Shown here: positions 6,635 to 7,474 of the stretch, piece by piece
Position numbering within the stretch: position 1 is the first letter of the stretch
How the letters are laid out: each line of letters begins with the position of its first letter
Virus record (IMG/VR): IMGVR_UViG_2547132272_000003
Location: 1-7,474 of that record
From: a virus
Taxonomy: Duplodnaviria; Heunggongvirae; Uroviricota; Caudoviricetes
DNA length: 7,474 bases
Reading direction: 5' to 3' (one strand)
Notes under the pieces: generated by a model
Told to the model about the DNA's origin: nothing
What the model saw: the letters and a program-made list of their open reading frames with translations, nothing else
Database searches by the model: none
Translations under genes and position numbers: made by a program

Positions 6635-7474
6635 TCAGTCGCCCCCAGATATCCGCCACAAAGAATGCCTGTGTCAGCAACTGCCGCAGCGTGTCATCCG
6701 GCAGTTCCGGCCACGCTTCCGCCAGTACGTTCATGGCCTCGTCCGCATCCCGGCCTTCCTGTATGGCCTGCACCAGTGGGGCCACCAGTTCGTTCATCCC
6801 CTGCGCGATGGCCTCTGCCGGAAGCTCTGCCCGGTCGATGGCGCGCTGTGCCGGGTCGTCCTCCCCGTTGTCCTGCTGACTGAGTGCGACAACATTCAGC
6901 CGCTCACGCAGCTGGCTGAGGCCCGCCTGCACAGGGAGACGCTGTGCCACCGGCACCAGCACCTCTTCGCCGTCTTTCGGGGTGGGGATGCCGGTTTTTT
7001 TGCGCACCCACGACGCCGGAATATCCTTCATTCCCACACTGTTGAGCAACACGTTGACGGCTTCTGCCACACCCTTAATGTCGGCTTCCTGCTGCACATC
7101 AAACACCAGTCGCGGAAGACGGCGTGGCGGGACATCCTGCCAGCCGTTCAGGCTGGCCATCATCTGTATCAGGCTGCTGAACATGCCGGACAGCTGGCGA
7201 GCATCGGCGGCCAGAATGTCGTGCCGGACCTCGTTATGCACATTACCCAGCGCGTTGGTGGAGGTTTTACCGTCAGCCTGGCTGGTCAGCGTACTGCCCA
7301 GAATCACTTTTGAGGTGGTGCGCTCCGCCCATTCCACCATCGACATGAACGCCTCCGGCCCGCCGGACGCGGCTTCCTTGAACTCGATTTCATTACCCTG
7401 CGGCAGGGCTGCCACCGCTTCATGGCCCAGATTAACCAGGGCTTCGAGAATGTTGTCCCGGTCCTCGTCACTGG
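6621..7474 (-). CDS. Portal protein, Mu gp29-like (DUF935 family); 3' portion only, N-terminus beyond the window
   Basis: The frame is open from the window edge (7472) down to TGA at 6623-6621. The translated edge region reads …SDEDRDNILEALVNLGHEAVAALPQGNEIEF…, so the ORF-track start at 7415 (a GTG) is not the real start. Position upstream of the F-like gene. Confidence 0.8.
   Translation of the reverse strand, partial: SDEDRDNILEALVNLGHEAVAALPQGNEIEFKEAASGGPEAFMSMVEWAERTTSKVILGSTLTSQADGKTSTNALGNVHNEVRHDILAADARQLSGMFSSLIQMMASLNGWQDVPPRRLPRLVFDVQQEADIKGVAEAVNVLLNSVGMKDIPASWVRKKTGIPTPKDGEEVLVPVAQRLPVQAGLSQLRERLNVVALSQQDNGEDDPAQRAIDRAELPAEAIAQGMNELVAPLVQAIQEGRDADEAMNVLAEAWPELPDDTLRQLLTQAFFVADIWGRLNADS

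Noticed and set aside
6267-7313. 348-aa ORF on the plus strand, antisense to the portal and F genes
   Set aside because: Low-complexity Ser/Pro/Arg/Cys/His-rich translation with no RBS, lying entirely within strongly supported minus-strand genes. Long antisense ORFs are common in GC-rich coding DNA.
1-7474. Defence system, toxin-antitoxin pair, moron/accessory cargo, tRNA, CRISPR array or insertion sequence
   Set aside because: Every sizeable ORF is accounted for by a syntenic Mu-like morphogenesis gene. I found no arrays of short direct repeats with spacers, no tRNA-like structures and no transposase-like ORFs. I therefore cannot support a claim of a novel system in this window.

Overview
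This window is one contiguous block of a Mu-like (transposable-phage) prophage late morphogenesis operon, transcribed entirely on the minus strand. Reading in the direction of transcription (high to low coordinates) the order is: portal (gp29-like, 5' end outside the window), head morphogenesis protein F, virion morphogenesis protein G, protease/scaffold I, a small extra ORF, major head subunit T, a small coiled-coil protein, gp36/J-like, gp37/K-like, a small gp38-position protein, and a tail sheath (L) ORF that ends prematurely. Genes are tightly packed with stop/start overlaps and Shine-Dalgarno motifs. The only sizeable non-coding stretch is the AT-rich spacer between G and I (about 4766-4919), which sits where Mu carries its C-dependent late promoter P_I. 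I see no rRNA, tRNA, CRISPR array, transposase or defence-system genes, and nothing I can defend as a novel system. The points worth a second look are two possible gene lesions (a truncated sheath and a gp37 homolog lacking a canonical start codon), an in-frame 42-bp tandem repeat, and a perfect inverted repeat in the G-I spacer. All protein family assignments are from memory of sequence motifs and synteny, not from searches.
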